Positions 53,351 to 63,945 of a DNA stretch of 64,000 nucleotides are shown in pieces. Under the pieces are notes generated by a model, which ran no database searches, was not told the origin of the DNA, and saw only the letters and a program-made list of their open reading frames with translations. This stretch comes from a virus. Taxonomy: Duplodnaviria; Heunggongvirae; Uroviricota; Caudoviricetes. The DNA is taken from the IMG/VR virus record IMGVR_UViG_3300045988_161152. One strand, written 5' to 3'. The number at the start of each line of letters is the position of its first letter. The stretch's first letter is position 1. Both the position numbers and the translations under genes were made by a program.

Positions 53351-53369
53351 ATTTTATTAGGTAAGAAAA

Positions 53370-53858
53370 GTGGCACAACGCGGTGTAAACAAAGTCATCC
53401 TGATTGGTACCCTGGGGCAAGACCCGGAGATCAGGTATATACCAAATGGCGGAGCGGTCGGAAGACTCAGCATCGCAACGAATGAATCATGGCGCGACAA
53501 GCAAACGGGCCAACAGAAAGAGCAAACAGAATGGCATAAAGTAGTTTTGTTCGGAAAACTTGCTGAAATTGCGAGTGAATATTTACGAAAAGGTTCTCAG
53601 GTCTACATCGAAGGGAAACTGAAAACCCGTAAGTGGACAGATGACGCCGGTGTAGAACGTTACACGACGGAAATTATCGTCAGCCAGGGCGGCACCATGC
53701 AAATGATCGGCGCTCGCCGTGACGATTCACAGTCCTCAAATGGCTGGGGGCAATCAAACCAACCTCAAAACCACCAGCAATACAGTGGTGGCGGTAAACC
53801 TCAGAGCAACGCCAATAACGAACCTCCAATGGACTTTGACGACGATATTCCGTTTTGA
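53370..53858 (+). CDS. ssb: Single-stranded DNA-binding protein
   Basis: 162 aa; OB-fold N-terminus, G/Q-rich linker and acidic DFDDDIPF tail. Confidence 0.9.
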   Translation: MAQRGVNKVILIGTLGQDPEIRYIPNGGAVGRLSIATNESWRDKQTGQQKEQTEWHKVVLFGKLAEIASEYLRKGSQVYIEGKLKTRKWTDDAGVERYTTEIIVSQGGTMQMIGARRDDSQSSNGWGQSNQPQNHQQYSGGGKPQSNANNEPPMDFDDDIPF

Positions 53859-54055
53859 ATGTGTAAAAAACGACTGAAAGAAAAGCGGTGGTCCAGACGC
53901 CGACAAAAGCACGAACTCGCTCAAAAACGCCAAAGTTGGCAATGGCACGCGCTTTTAACGAATAGAACACCCCGAGATATTGCTTTCGCTGGTGGGAAAA
54001 CATTCCTAACCAACCTGAAGGCGCAATACATCAGTTTTTAAGCAGAGAAAAGACT

Positions 54056-54850
54056 ATGACAGCACAAAATACTAAAACCATTCAATACCGCCTACGTAAT
54101 GGCCAGAGTGTCGAAGTGACCATCAATAACGATGGAGTGCCAGGCGAAAAGGTTTCTATCTCTGATCTGGCTATCGAAAAAACCATCATGTGCCACCTTG
54201 GCTTTACTGAAGAAGTGAGCAAAAAGCATGGTGTAGCTATCTGGCGCACAATGGATACTGGAATGCGCAGATTCATTACTGCTCGTACCCCTGGTATGAC
54301 CATGATGGACCTCATGCAGATTGCGCCGCTGTTTGAGTGTGAACCTCTGGATGTATTCAGTAATCCAGTTATCTGCCAGCAGTTATATGGTGAGATGAAA
54401 CTCGCGGTTACCCCCATCGTGCTGCATGAAGGATCGCTTGCTGGCGTATGGAAAGTAGAGCGAATTTCAAGCTACATGCCCTTCCACGTCCATGTCAACG
54501 GCGTAATCACAGGTGAAAATCAACCTGTTTCAGTTACAAAGTCAGACCTCAAGCGTGCAATTCTTGAAGCAAGTTGTCGAGTTATCGGCCTGGGCAAACA
54601 GTCTTATGTTTGCTTCCCCGCAGGCCCAGAAGGCCAGGCTGAAATACTGGCGATGGATGCCGATCTGCTCTGGCAAATAGAGTTTATGATAGGGAAAAGC
54701 ATCATCCGAGCTGAAGAACTCGATCAGTACATTACCTGCACAATGACGGATGAGGTAAAAAGTGTGGCTATAGCCAAAGCCCGGAACCTGTGTCGTGCTG
54801 CATTAACAGAACTGCGAGAAAACACCACGGAAGAGGTGGAAAGTGATTAA
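54056..54850 (+). CDS. Hypothetical protein, upstream partner of the PacB paralogue
   Basis: 264-aa ORF whose stop overlaps the next start by 8 nt. Confidence 0.55.
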   Translation: MTAQNTKTIQYRLRNGQSVEVTINNDGVPGEKVSISDLAIEKTIMCHLGFTEEVSKKHGVAIWRTMDTGMRRFITARTPGMTMMDLMQIAPLFECEPLDVFSNPVICQQLYGEMKLAVTPIVLHEGSLAGVWKVERISSYMPFHVHVNGVITGENQPVSVTKSDLKRAILEASCRVIGLGKQSYVCFPAGPEGQAEILAMDADLLWQIEFMIGKSIIRAEELDQYITCTMTDEVKSVAIAKARNLCRAALTELRENTTEEVESD

Positions 54851-55937
54851 TCGTATACAGAATGAATCTGCCTGGTTAGCACTGATAGAACAGTATAAAG
54901 ACAATTGGGAACTGGCAGCGAAAGAGTTGCTTGATATTGAGTTAACACCTCATCAAGCAAAAATTATTAACGCGATAAAGAACACCGGAGCCAAAGTCAC
55001 TGCCACCACACCACATGGTATTGGGGAAACCTCTATTGTGGCAGTGATTAGCATCCTGCAAACAATACTGTATTCGTGTTCCCGTACAGTGGTTGTTTCT
55101 CCTGCTATTAACGATAGTCGAAAAACAATAATTGACTATATGTTCCGTTATTGGGAGCGAGTTACCCAAAAACACCCTTTTCTTGGCAATCATTTCAGAA
55201 TGCACCCTGACAAAGGGTTGGTGCATATCAGTGAAACATGGGGATGCGTCTATATAACCTATTGTCTGAATAACGAAGTGTCTCTGGCTGGTTTTACTGG
55301 ACCGCACGATCTTTTCATCGTTATTAACTCGGCGGAAATCAGCGATCGCGCTCATGCAGTGATAACTGGCAATTTAACCAATTATGACTCGCGCCTGCTG
55401 TTGCTGTCGAAACCATCGGAACGCGAGAAAGGGTACTTTTATGATTCGCATCACCGGTTGGCCCATAGTAAAAACAATCCTGCTGGTTTTTTCACGGCGA
55501 TAACTCTAAACACAGAGGATTCGCCTCTCGTTTCTGAAGCATATCTTGAATTCAAAGCCAAAGAGTTTGGTGGGCGCAATAGCGATGAATATCGCCGATT
55601 GATCTTGGGGAAATTTCCCGGGATTCGGGAGTTGATGGAAAAGTCATCTGTTCCCCGTAATATGCACTTCACAATGACTGACGGTAGTAAATGGGTAGTG
55701 CCTACGATCGTGATCGCCAAACACCATGCGAAACATCACGCTCAAAAACACAACTCCAGCACATTAGACTGGCTGAAGGCCTATACAATACCGTTATTCT
55801 CGGCAAACCATAACGCTATAGCTGAATGGGCTAAACAAATCCCCTGGCAGGATGTGGCTGAAGAGGCATTTGTCGAAAAACCTCCGAGAGATTTGCACGA
55901 GCACTGTTGGCTGACATCAGAAAAGAGCTTCTCGTGA
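54843..55937 (+). CDS. Terminase large-subunit (PacB) paralogue with degenerate Walker A/B motifs
   Basis: 364 aa; aligns to PacB N-terminal ATPase half ([21 protein letters not shown]) but has PHGIGETS for GHGTGKS and VINSAE for IIDEAS. Confidence 0.6.
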   Translation: MINRIQNESAWLALIEQYKDNWELAAKELLDIELTPHQAKIINAIKNTGAKVTATTPHGIGETSIVAVISILQTILYSCSRTVVVSPAINDSRKTIIDYMFRYWERVTQKHPFLGNHFRMHPDKGLVHISETWGCVYITYCLNNEVSLAGFTGPHDLFIVINSAEISDRAHAVITGNLTNYDSRLLLLSKPSEREKGYFYDSHHRLAHSKNNPAGFFTAITLNTEDSPLVSEAYLEFKAKEFGGRNSDEYRRLILGKFPGIRELMEKSSVPRNMHFTMTDGSKWVVPTIVIAKHHAKHHAQKHNSSTLDWLKAYTIPLFSANHNAIAEWAKQIPWQDVAEEAFVEKPPRDLHEHCWLTSEKSFS

Positions 55938-55968
55938 GGTAAAAATCCCGCCGATTGGCGGGATTTCT

Positions 55969-56277
55969 TTAATATATGATCTGGTCTATATGATCACCAA
56001 AATCATCGTCGTCGTCCTCATCGCCACCATCTACTGCTGGCCAATCAACAAACCAGCCAGCGTAAAGATACAGCGTTCGGAGAACATCACTTGCGGGAGC
56101 ATCAAGGGTGTTAACGAATCCCATATAGCTATTGGGATTTGCTCCAGCTATGGCTTCAGCGATCATGTCCTCGGTAATGTCACCGGAGATAATGCTTAAA
56201 CGCCCGGAAACTTCTTCATTATCATCAAATTCGATAATGGCATCTCCGCCTAATGGCGCTGCGATTTTAATCTGCAT
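55969..56277 (-). CDS. Small acidic protein downstream of ddrB
   Basis: 102 aa; GGDEDDDDDFGD tract; start overlaps ddrB stop. Confidence 0.45.
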   Translation of the reverse strand: MQIKIAAPLGGDAIIEFDDNEEVSGRLSIISGDITEDMIAEAIAGANPNSYMGFVNTLDAPASDVLRTLYLYAGWFVDWPAVDGGDEDDDDDFGDHIDQIIY

Positions 56278-59254
56278 TATTTAGCTCCTTTGCCACACCT
56301 AATAACAGTTCCAGCAATCCGTCACCATTCATCAGTGATGCGGCAGCGGCCTCTTTGTCATGATACAACTGAAGAGCCATAGAGAATACTTCCGTTGCTG
56401 ACGTTTTGGAAATGGTCGGTGATTTCTGCCGAATTTTCCCGGAGTTACTCACTGAGACTGGCGGGTATACCTTCGCCATATAAATATTACTCAATCGAGA
56501 TCTGAAGCACCATTCAGGCTTGCCACGCCCACCGATATTAACGAAAGATGGCTTATCCCCTTCAACATTGGCCTTCAGGAATGACCGGGCTTTCTCTAAC
56601 AAACCAGGGTTACTGTACTCAAGATGATGACCCAGCTCGTGCCACAGTGCACTTGCATTTTCATCGTTCAAATTGACAGCAACAACACCATTAAGATTTG
56701 CATATGCCCTTCCCTTGTGGTGAACCACCTTTGATAAGGTCGAAATTTTACCGCCGGTCAGGCGATAAATATCAGCAAGTTCCTTGCGCAGGTCTATCCC
56801 ACCATTCTGTCCAGCGCGGGCTTCTTCCACTTCTTCCGTGATAAAAGAGTCGGCCCACTCAAGAGCTTTTTCTTCAGATACGGATGAGTTTGCGATCGCA
56901 CTGTTCATGGCAGATAACACTTTCTCGTGGACCGAACCCATACTTCGCTGATTCATTTGCCAGCGTGTCTGCGGGTTGTATGAGAATCGCTTAAGTAGTT
57001 GGTCAAGCTGCTCAAGTTCTTCTTCACTGACATACTTTTTAGCCTCACCAATAATGCCAGGGAGAATATTGCCGTTAGGATTAAACGCTCGCGAAAGGAA
57101 GAGTTTCAGCGCCCCCATGCCCTCCGATGCTTCAATATCACCAATAACCCGGTTAACAATGGCCGCACTCTTCGGATTAGCATCCGCCAACGCCCTGGCT
57201 ACAATTTGCAGGGACGATACGACCTCACGCTGCATATCAGTCCTGATCTCATCAATAAACTCTGGCGTTATGCCGTGCTCTTTAAGGATATCCCTGCCTT
57301 CCGCCGTTACCCCATCGATATCACCGACATGTTTATTAACCTGACTTTGCAATGCCTTAAATGCCTTCAGAATTCCACGGGCATCATCAGCTTTACTAAC
57401 GGCCTTCCTGAATGCTGGCAAGAAGTCTGAGTTAACCTCATTTTGTTGATCGGCCCACTGAATGGAGGCTTCTTTCATCTCGTCCAGAGTCAGATCACCC
57501 AACGCGGTATGGTCTGTGAATATGAGCGACAACCTCTGAACCATTTCTGCCAATGGTGATGCCGAATGCGCCGCGCTAAGGAATGCTTTCACCCTGGTTG
57601 GGCGAATGGAAAACCAGTCAATAGCTGGTGGCATATCTCCGTTTTTTATCGCCTGCGCTATCTCGTCAAAGCCATCGCGCCCAAGGGAGGATGCGTGATT
57701 TAACAATCCGCGAAGTAACGAATTGCTGATACCGAATAATCGGCACCATTTTTTCACGTCGGCAACAGGCATTCGAACAAAATGCGCAAGCACTTGTACA
57801 AGCTGTTCATCCTGGGGATCTGTGCGGGAAAGCAGCCTGATCAGATGAATAATGTCTTTGATGCCGGATGCCCGATGTAATAGCAAACTGGTATACGGAG
57901 CAACACCGTTGTAACTACCGCCGGAAACGGACTCGAAAAGACCGCCGGATATCCCTTGCATGCCTTCGTATTCCAGTTCCTGAGACACCTGGCGAAGGAT
58001 ATCCTGTAACGACACATCGCCGCCGCCAAACATATCCCCGAGCGCCTGGCCCTGGTGCTGTAACTCATCATTGATACGTTGCGCCATCAACTTAAAGGCG
58101 GTGGCCATACGCTTCGCGCTACGGTTATTCGCGACGATGAACAACGCGAGTGCTTTCACTTCCGGGGCCGTTTCGCTGAACATATCCCCCTGAGCAATAA
58201 CATCGGTAATATGCTGGCCTGACTCCTTCGATTGCCTTACCAGGTCTACCGCATCTTTCAATGCCGCCAGCGCCTTTTTATCGAGGCTATCCGCTGTCTC
58301 AATGCCATCAACAATAGTTGTCACAGCCTGCTTGTGCGCTTCTCCTGATAAAGCCTGCATCTGGACAAAATCATTGGCTGCCGCATTAAGCGCCGTCAGA
58401 ACATTACGCATATCCGGATCAGGTTCTTCTGCAACCATCCTTACCAGGCGCGCATCCTTATATGCCTTGGCAAAGATCGCGTTTTGTATACGGTCAACAA
58501 GTTGCCGTGTTGGTCGCCCATCTTCAGTTACAAGGCCAGCCGCCTGTGTGGCACCAACTTGCGTCATGAATCCGCGAATAAACGCGTCATTACTGCGGCT
58601 AAGCAGATCTCCGCTTTCTGACGGGTTAAACAACGCCATCATCGCCGGTGTTATGCTGTCGGCATCAACAAAAGCCTTTTCACTGGCTGCCATTTCCTGG
58701 AGATCAGAAATATTTGAGTCCTTGGCAAACTGAACACGGTCAACCTTCGTTAACCGGCGGCGCACCAGTACCGGAGCCGTCATTGATTCAACCTTTTCAG
58801 GCCGTATGCCGAATTCGGTCGCATGTTCAATCAGGTACTCCCGATACCGATCCGCATTACCGTCCTGATAGGCTTTGATGATCCCCATGGTCCGTCCATT
58901 ACCTGACTCAACGGCATTGTCCTCACCAATTATCGGCGCGCCATGGCTGGATAAACCGGAATCAGTAAGCTGAGCAGGCCGCAAATCTTTGGATATCTGG
59001 TTAACCTGAAGAAGGCTGGATGCGCGGGTCCGGTCGCGCGGCTGAAGTTCCTGGGGATAGTCAGGATTAATTTTCCCATCCAGAGTATTGGATACCAAAA
59101 GAGCTGAGGCATCGACGATATCAAACGCTGTTTTTACCTCGTCTCCCTTCGCTGTCACCACATACGAAACCCGCCCATAATCGGGCAGGTTCTTTAGCAG
59201 CTCGATCAGCGTTTCTATGCTGGTGGCCATTACCACCTGATCGCTTAAGCTCAT
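56267..59254 (-). CDS. ddrB: Dar-operon protein DdrB
   Basis: 995-aa ORF downstream of ddrA/darA. Confidence 0.75.
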   Translation of the reverse strand: MSLSDQVVMATSIETLIELLKNLPDYGRVSYVVTAKGDEVKTAFDIVDASALLVSNTLDGKINPDYPQELQPRDRTRASSLLQVNQISKDLRPAQLTDSGLSSHGAPIIGEDNAVESGNGRTMGIIKAYQDGNADRYREYLIEHATEFGIRPEKVESMTAPVLVRRRLTKVDRVQFAKDSNISDLQEMAASEKAFVDADSITPAMMALFNPSESGDLLSRSNDAFIRGFMTQVGATQAAGLVTEDGRPTRQLVDRIQNAIFAKAYKDARLVRMVAEEPDPDMRNVLTALNAAANDFVQMQALSGEAHKQAVTTIVDGIETADSLDKKALAALKDAVDLVRQSKESGQHITDVIAQGDMFSETAPEVKALALFIVANNRSAKRMATAFKLMAQRINDELQHQGQALGDMFGGGDVSLQDILRQVSQELEYEGMQGISGGLFESVSGGSYNGVAPYTSLLLHRASGIKDIIHLIRLLSRTDPQDEQLVQVLAHFVRMPVADVKKWCRLFGISNSLLRGLLNHASSLGRDGFDEIAQAIKNGDMPPAIDWFSIRPTRVKAFLSAAHSASPLAEMVQRLSLIFTDHTALGDLTLDEMKEASIQWADQQNEVNSDFLPAFRKAVSKADDARGILKAFKALQSQVNKHVGDIDGVTAEGRDILKEHGITPEFIDEIRTDMQREVVSSLQIVARALADANPKSAAIVNRVIGDIEASEGMGALKLFLSRAFNPNGNILPGIIGEAKKYVSEEELEQLDQLLKRFSYNPQTRWQMNQRSMGSVHEKVLSAMNSAIANSSVSEEKALEWADSFITEEVEEARAGQNGGIDLRKELADIYRLTGGKISTLSKVVHHKGRAYANLNGVVAVNLNDENASALWHELGHHLEYSNPGLLEKARSFLKANVEGDKPSFVNIGGRGKPEWCFRSRLSNIYMAKVYPPVSVSNSGKIRQKSPTISKTSATEVFSMALQLYHDKEAAAASLMNGDGLLELLLGVAKELNNAD

Positions 59255-59266
59255 CCCTGTTACGCC

Positions 59267-59632
59267 TTATGCTGCCTCTTTAATGTTGGCGGCTATCCAT
59301 GCCGCCGTGTGCTGTTTAACCTGGTCCAGGTCGATGTATGTGCCAACATATTGACTCAAGTCCTGCAAGGTACCGATAAATGCATCTGTGCTCTGATCGA
59401 CGAATTTATCAGCCAGGAAATCAGCAACCAGTTTTGGCACACCATCATGTTCCGAAGGTTGTTTTTCATCGCCACTACCACCGCCGGACGCGCCGTACCC
59501 CATCTGTTGCATGATCTGGTCAATTTCATCGCTGATATCCAGCAACTCCATGCCACTCGCGGTGGCCGCTTTGGACATCAGAGCATCCAACTTATCGCTG
59601 AGATCCATTAACTCAATAGCTGATAGTGTCAT
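59267..59632 (-). CDS. ddrA: Dar-operon protein DdrA
   Basis: 121 aa; overlaps darA stop (ATGA). Confidence 0.7.
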   Translation of the reverse strand: MTLSAIELMDLSDKLDALMSKAATASGMELLDISDEIDQIMQQMGYGASGGGSGDEKQPSEHDGVPKLVADFLADKFVDQSTDAFIGTLQDLSQYVGTYIDLDQVKQHTAAWIAANIKEAA

Positions 59633-61548
59633 GCCGCTACCCCCGCTTTCTGGATTGCTACCAACAGATCAGCCAGGTGGCGAGCTGCGCCGTTAACCAG
59701 CTCTTCGTTTTCCTCAAAACGTCCGGCAGCCTGAAGGGCTGCAATCGCTTCCCGGATATTGCCCCGGGCGTTACGGATCTCCGCCATGTCAGTGCTTTGC
59801 ATATCCATTACGTTATTGAGATATTCAATGGCTTTATTAGCCTCTGCATCTGCTTCGCTAACCGTTTCATCAGGCTGTGCCGGGGCCGGTTCTGGCTGAG
59901 TAATCTCACCGACTTCGGCCTGCAATGCATTGATCATGCTCTGCACCATTTTCTCGGTGCCAGCGCCCCCAGGAAACGCAATATTGGGGAAAGTTTTTTG
60001 AAACTGAGTTTTCAGCATTACGCGGAACTCGTCTGGTGAGCTGGTGGCCAGCTCCAGAGCTTTTTGTGCATATTTGCCAAACGGACCATTAGTAAGTGTC
60101 TTCGCCAGGAAGTCGAAAGAATCCTCGCGAGGCAATAACTTCAGGTCGTACTCACTCATTTGCTGATCAGAAAGCGGGGTATCGTAAGTAGCAATGCCGT
60201 AGCGTGCATATTCATAATACGGGTCACCTTCATCAGGGCGCGGCAGAATCGCTTTGTTACCTTCAGGTATTGCGCCAGGGGCCGCCGGACGCATTTGCAG
60301 GGCATATCGATATGCACCTACAGAGACTTCTGGTTCAGGCGAAGAGCTACCGGTATCCTCCGCTGGTTCAGGTTCGACGTTTTCCGGTTTATGTTCTTCT
60401 GGTTGGACCAGATATTCCGATACATTACCCGCTTTATAGGCTTTAAACAGCTTGCCGATCGCATCTGCCATGTCCACACCCTGTATGGATTTAGCCTTGA
60501 TCATGTATACGCTGCCATCCGGATCGGTTAACTGGATATACCCTTCACCATCCCCAATGAATTGCTTCATTGATGCACCATTACTGAGCGTCGCTTCCCC
60601 GTCCATATGCATACGATTTTTGATACTGGCAAGGCGATCCGTCAGCGCGCGAGAGTGCCCACCAGTCATCCCCGCTGGAGCAATGGTATCGCGCCCACCA
60701 GTGCGATTGAGCTGATCAATCTCCGTCTGCAAACGCTCATTCTCTTCATAAAGAGAATCCGCTTCCGATGCAACAGCGTTAATTTTCTGCTCCAGATCTG
60801 CCTTCTGCCCTTCTACCGCTGCCACCTGATCCGCGAGGTCGCTCATGGCATCCTCTTTCTGGTCACTGTCAGCCTGTAGTTGGGTTATTTCATCAACAAG
60901 GGCTTTTTTCTTCTTCTGCGCACGCTGGAATTTTGCCGAGTTTTTCTCTGCAAGGTTGGCAAGTTTCATGGTGACCTGCGCCAGCGTCATATCACGTCCA
61001 CTCATCGGAGCAACGGTGTGAGTAACGTCTTTTTTATTCAGTAAGAACTGGAAAGCAACCAGCGTATCGCTATTGGTGATCCGGTTTTCCGCTGTCGGGC
61101 TATGAAACAGAATGCTGATAGTCTGACCATCACTGAGCGGAATAATGGCTGGCAAGACCGGCAGCCCGTTAACGTTACGTGCCCGGCCAATTTCAGCGCC
61201 GCCGATCGCGCGCGCGCCGCTCTGGGCCACATCCCCCGTTTTATCACTCCCCGCAGAGATTCCGGTACCATTCAGCTTCTGGTTCAATGCCCGGACAAAT
61301 GCCTGCATGGTCCGGTGTAACTGCAAACGAGTAGAACTAATCGCCTCCAGTAAATCCGTAGCACACCAGTGGATCGGCGTGTCATAGAAGAACGTAGCCT
61401 CGATTTCCTCCAGGGTGTTGGATTCCGTCATCAGATAGCGGTCCTCACCGGCCATTAATGCGCGATATTCATCATCAGTCACTGGCGGGGGAAGCACGTC
61501 AAGCCCAGGCTTGAGCGTCACCCCTTTATTGATATTGAACTGTTCCAT
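59629..61548 (-). CDS. darA: Antirestriction protein DarA
   Basis: 639 aa; shares a KNSAKFQ block with the upstream hdf product. Confidence 0.85.
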   Translation of the reverse strand: MEQFNINKGVTLKPGLDVLPPPVTDDEYRALMAGEDRYLMTESNTLEEIEATFFYDTPIHWCATDLLEAISSTRLQLHRTMQAFVRALNQKLNGTGISAGSDKTGDVAQSGARAIGGAEIGRARNVNGLPVLPAIIPLSDGQTISILFHSPTAENRITNSDTLVAFQFLLNKKDVTHTVAPMSGRDMTLAQVTMKLANLAEKNSAKFQRAQKKKKALVDEITQLQADSDQKEDAMSDLADQVAAVEGQKADLEQKINAVASEADSLYEENERLQTEIDQLNRTGGRDTIAPAGMTGGHSRALTDRLASIKNRMHMDGEATLSNGASMKQFIGDGEGYIQLTDPDGSVYMIKAKSIQGVDMADAIGKLFKAYKAGNVSEYLVQPEEHKPENVEPEPAEDTGSSSPEPEVSVGAYRYALQMRPAAPGAIPEGNKAILPRPDEGDPYYEYARYGIATYDTPLSDQQMSEYDLKLLPREDSFDFLAKTLTNGPFGKYAQKALELATSSPDEFRVMLKTQFQKTFPNIAFPGGAGTEKMVQSMINALQAEVGEITQPEPAPAQPDETVSEADAEANKAIEYLNNVMDMQSTDMAEIRNARGNIREAIAALQAAGRFEENEELVNGAARHLADLLVAIQKAGVAA

Positions 61549-61549
61549 G

Positions 61550-62161
61550 TTAATTTCCTGCTTTCAGTTGCTTAAGACGGCGTTTGAGTTCGCCATTTCG
61601 GGCCTTTTCGTTATTGAGTCGGCCTGTCTCCTTATCCAGCTTCGCCCGCAAATCAGTGATCTGCTGTTGATTGAAAGACACCGAGTTCTGAGCTGATTTA
61701 TAAGCGGCAACCACCTGAGCATTCCGCTGTTTTGCTTCTTGCAGGCGCTGAAAGTTGGATTTAACTGCCGGTTTCTTGTCTACCGGATTGGCAACACGCT
61801 TCGCTTTGGCGATCAGTGATTTCTGGAATTTTGCGGAGTTTTTGCGAGCCGCCTGTCCCATGACGGTACCAAGCGTCTTGATATCCGGCGACTGAGCGTT
61901 AGGAATAGCTTTTCCATTCAGTTTCACAGACGATATATCGCCAGTATCGTTTACCTGTATGGCAAGAATTTGTCCGTCGTTAAGAACCAGCTTTGCGGTT
62001 TTAACTTTAACGCCATCTTTCGTTGTTGCGCGGTTGCTGGAGTCAACCTCAATTACCGTAACCCCGGTTTTATTGATCGCCGCGATAAGGGATTTCAGCC
62101 CCTTTTCATTAACCTGGTCAAAATCGACCGTTGCATACTTATTTTTCGTCATCTGACACAT
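61550..62161 (-). CDS. hdf: Hdf (homologue of a DarA fragment)
   Basis: 203 aa with internal similarity to DarA residues around KNSAKFQ. Confidence 0.7.
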   Translation of the reverse strand: MCQMTKNKYATVDFDQVNEKGLKSLIAAINKTGVTVIEVDSSNRATTKDGVKVKTAKLVLNDGQILAIQVNDTGDISSVKLNGKAIPNAQSPDIKTLGTVMGQAARKNSAKFQKSLIAKAKRVANPVDKKPAVKSNFQRLQEAKQRNAQVVAAYKSAQNSVSFNQQQITDLRAKLDKETGRLNNEKARNGELKRRLKQLKAGN

Positions 62162-62582
62162 CCTGTGCGAGATTTATTACGTAACTTCTGCGGATTTGCT
62201 GAGTAACAGGGAAAATCCGATACAACGGGTTAATGAACGAGTCGCCATGCGTAACCATGACGTTGAAATGCCACAGTCGCTCTCCTTTACCCATATATTC
62301 AGTGGGTATGTACAACCATTCACTGTTTTCGCCCTGTTCAGCCGACGTCAGACAACGTTGTTCGCCTTCAATCACTGTCGTCGGCTTCTGAACATCGCGG
62401 ATCCAATATCTGACCGTTGCGCCGCGCAAAAACGGGAATTTAGACCGGTATTTGAACGGCACCCGGATGAAACCCGGTTTAATTTCCACATCACCAAGTT
62501 CTAAATGCGTGATGTCCTTGCGTTTTAGCAAATAGCGATCGGCTAAGGCTAACGCAAGAACGCATACACCCCAGCCAATCAT
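62139..62582 (-). CDS. lydB: Antiholin LydB
   Basis: 147-aa ORF overlapping lydA stop; position as in P1. Confidence 0.65.
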   Translation of the reverse strand: MIGWGVCVLALALADRYLLKRKDITHLELGDVEIKPGFIRVPFKYRSKFPFLRGATVRYWIRDVQKPTTVIEGEQRCLTSAEQGENSEWLYIPTEYMGKGERLWHFNVMVTHGDSFINPLYRIFPVTQQIRRSYVINLAQDVSDDEK

Positions 62583-62908
62583 TTCCCGCCTCCCTTTTTC
62601 ACCAAACTTGTAAGAACATTCAGAATGCTATCGATATTCACTCGTTTCATCCCTGAAATCACCTCATGACCGTTATTGCTGGCTATCGTTACCATTAAGT
62701 ACGTAATTGATAACTCCCAGCCCTCGTGTTGCCCCAATAGGTACGCCACCGCGCCAGCTGTCACTGCAACAAAGATCTCCGTAACCAATCCCAACAAATT
62801 GCCAGACTGGCGACCGTCTCGGACATCCATCAGGAACGTGCCTATCCCACCAATTACTGAAAGCAGGAGCGCAATAGCAACTGGAGCTAATTCCTGTGTG
62901 TCAAGCAC
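62579..62908 (-). CDS. lydA: Holin LydA
   Basis: 109 aa with hydrophobic helices (VAIALLLSVIGGIGTFL, IFVAVTAGAVAYLL). Confidence 0.7.
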   Translation of the reverse strand: MLDTQELAPVAIALLLSVIGGIGTFLMDVRDGRQSGNLLGLVTEIFVAVTAGAVAYLLGQHEGWELSITYLMVTIASNNGHEVISGMKRVNIDSILNVLTSLVKKGGGK

Positions 62909-62975
62909 AAGTTCCCTCCTACGTTGTCAGGAGGTAATGGTATGCAAAGTAACTTCTCAACCGGTCATTTGTTGC

Positions 62976-63257
62976 TTAAGAGGCATTTCTATTGAGGTGC
63001 GAATCGATAATCCTTTGTAACTTTTCAAGAATGAGCCTGTTATTGATGCTGCAAATAATAGTCACGCAATTCTGAAGACTTTCATCCATACCCTTATATT
63101 CCGCGAAATACATGCCTATAAAGCCTGCAAGTACGGCAGCAATACACTCGGCCATCAATTGCCTGCATGACGCTTCGTAACGTTTTTCACGAACCCCATT
63201 CAGAAACGAATGCACCCCGCCAAGGATGGAGAGGAGCATTATTGTGAAATCACACAT
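62976..63257 (-). CDS. Holin-like membrane protein (LydC-like)
   Basis: 93 aa with two hydrophobic segments; upstream of lydA. Confidence 0.5.
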   Translation of the reverse strand: MCDFTIMLLSILGGVHSFLNGVREKRYEASCRQLMAECIAAVLAGFIGMYFAEYKGMDESLQNCVTIICSINNRLILEKLQRIIDSHLNRNAS

Positions 63258-63384
63258 AACTATTTCCTTAATAGTGAATTAAATATCATTGGGAAACGGT
63301 ATGTACTTTGTGATTTCCACACATACTGGTTTTTGTTAATTAAAATCCGCAGCTTGCTATAAATAACGATAGTGAGCAGAAAAT

Positions 63385-63945
63385 ATGCTAATAGGCTATG
63401 TACGCGTATCAACAAATGAACAAAACACTGCTTTACAACGAAACGCTCTTGAAAGCGCAGGATGTGAGCTAATTTTTGAGGACAAGGCGAGCGGCAAAAA
63501 GGCTGAACGCCCTGGGTTAAAAAAGGTTCTCCGTATGCTTTCCAGAGGTGACACCCTAGTCGTATGGAAGTTAGATCGTCTTGGGCGCAGCATGCGTCAC
63601 TTAGTTGTGCTGGTGGAAGAGCTGCGTGACAGAGGCATTAACTTCCGGAGTCTCACTGACTCCATCGACACCAGTACACCAATGGGGCGCTTTTTCTTTC
63701 ACGTAATGGGGGCGCTGGCAGAAATGGAACGTGAGCTTATCGTTGAACGTACACGCGCTGGACTTGATGCAGCTCGCGCAGAAGGTCGTATAGGTGGACG
63801 TCGGCCTAAATACCAAGAAGAAACATGGCAGCAAATGCGGCGATTGCTCGAGAAGGGCATCCCCCGTAAGCAGGTTGCAATCATCTATGATGTGGCTGTT
63901 TCCACGCTTTATAAGAAGTTTCCGGCGTCATCATTTCAATCCTAA
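63385..63945 (+). CDS. cin: Serine DNA invertase Cin
   Basis: 186 aa; MLIGYVRVSTNEQ catalytic-serine N-terminus typical of Hin/Gin/Cin resolvase-invertases. Confidence 0.95.
   Translation: MLIGYVRVSTNEQNTALQRNALESAGCELIFEDKASGKKAERPGLKKVLRMLSRGDTLVVWKLDRLGRSMRHLVVLVEELRDRGINFRSLTDSIDTSTPMGRFFFHVMGALAEMERELIVERTRAGLDAARAEGRIGGRRPKYQEETWQQMRRLLEKGIPRKQVAIIYDVAVSTLYKKFPASSFQS

Noticed and set aside
56976-58733. Plus-strand ORFs inside ddrB (56976-57430, 58302-58733) and similar antisense ORFs inside darA, res, mod and the baseplate genes
   Set aside because: Antisense to long coupled genes of a recognised operon; no independent signals
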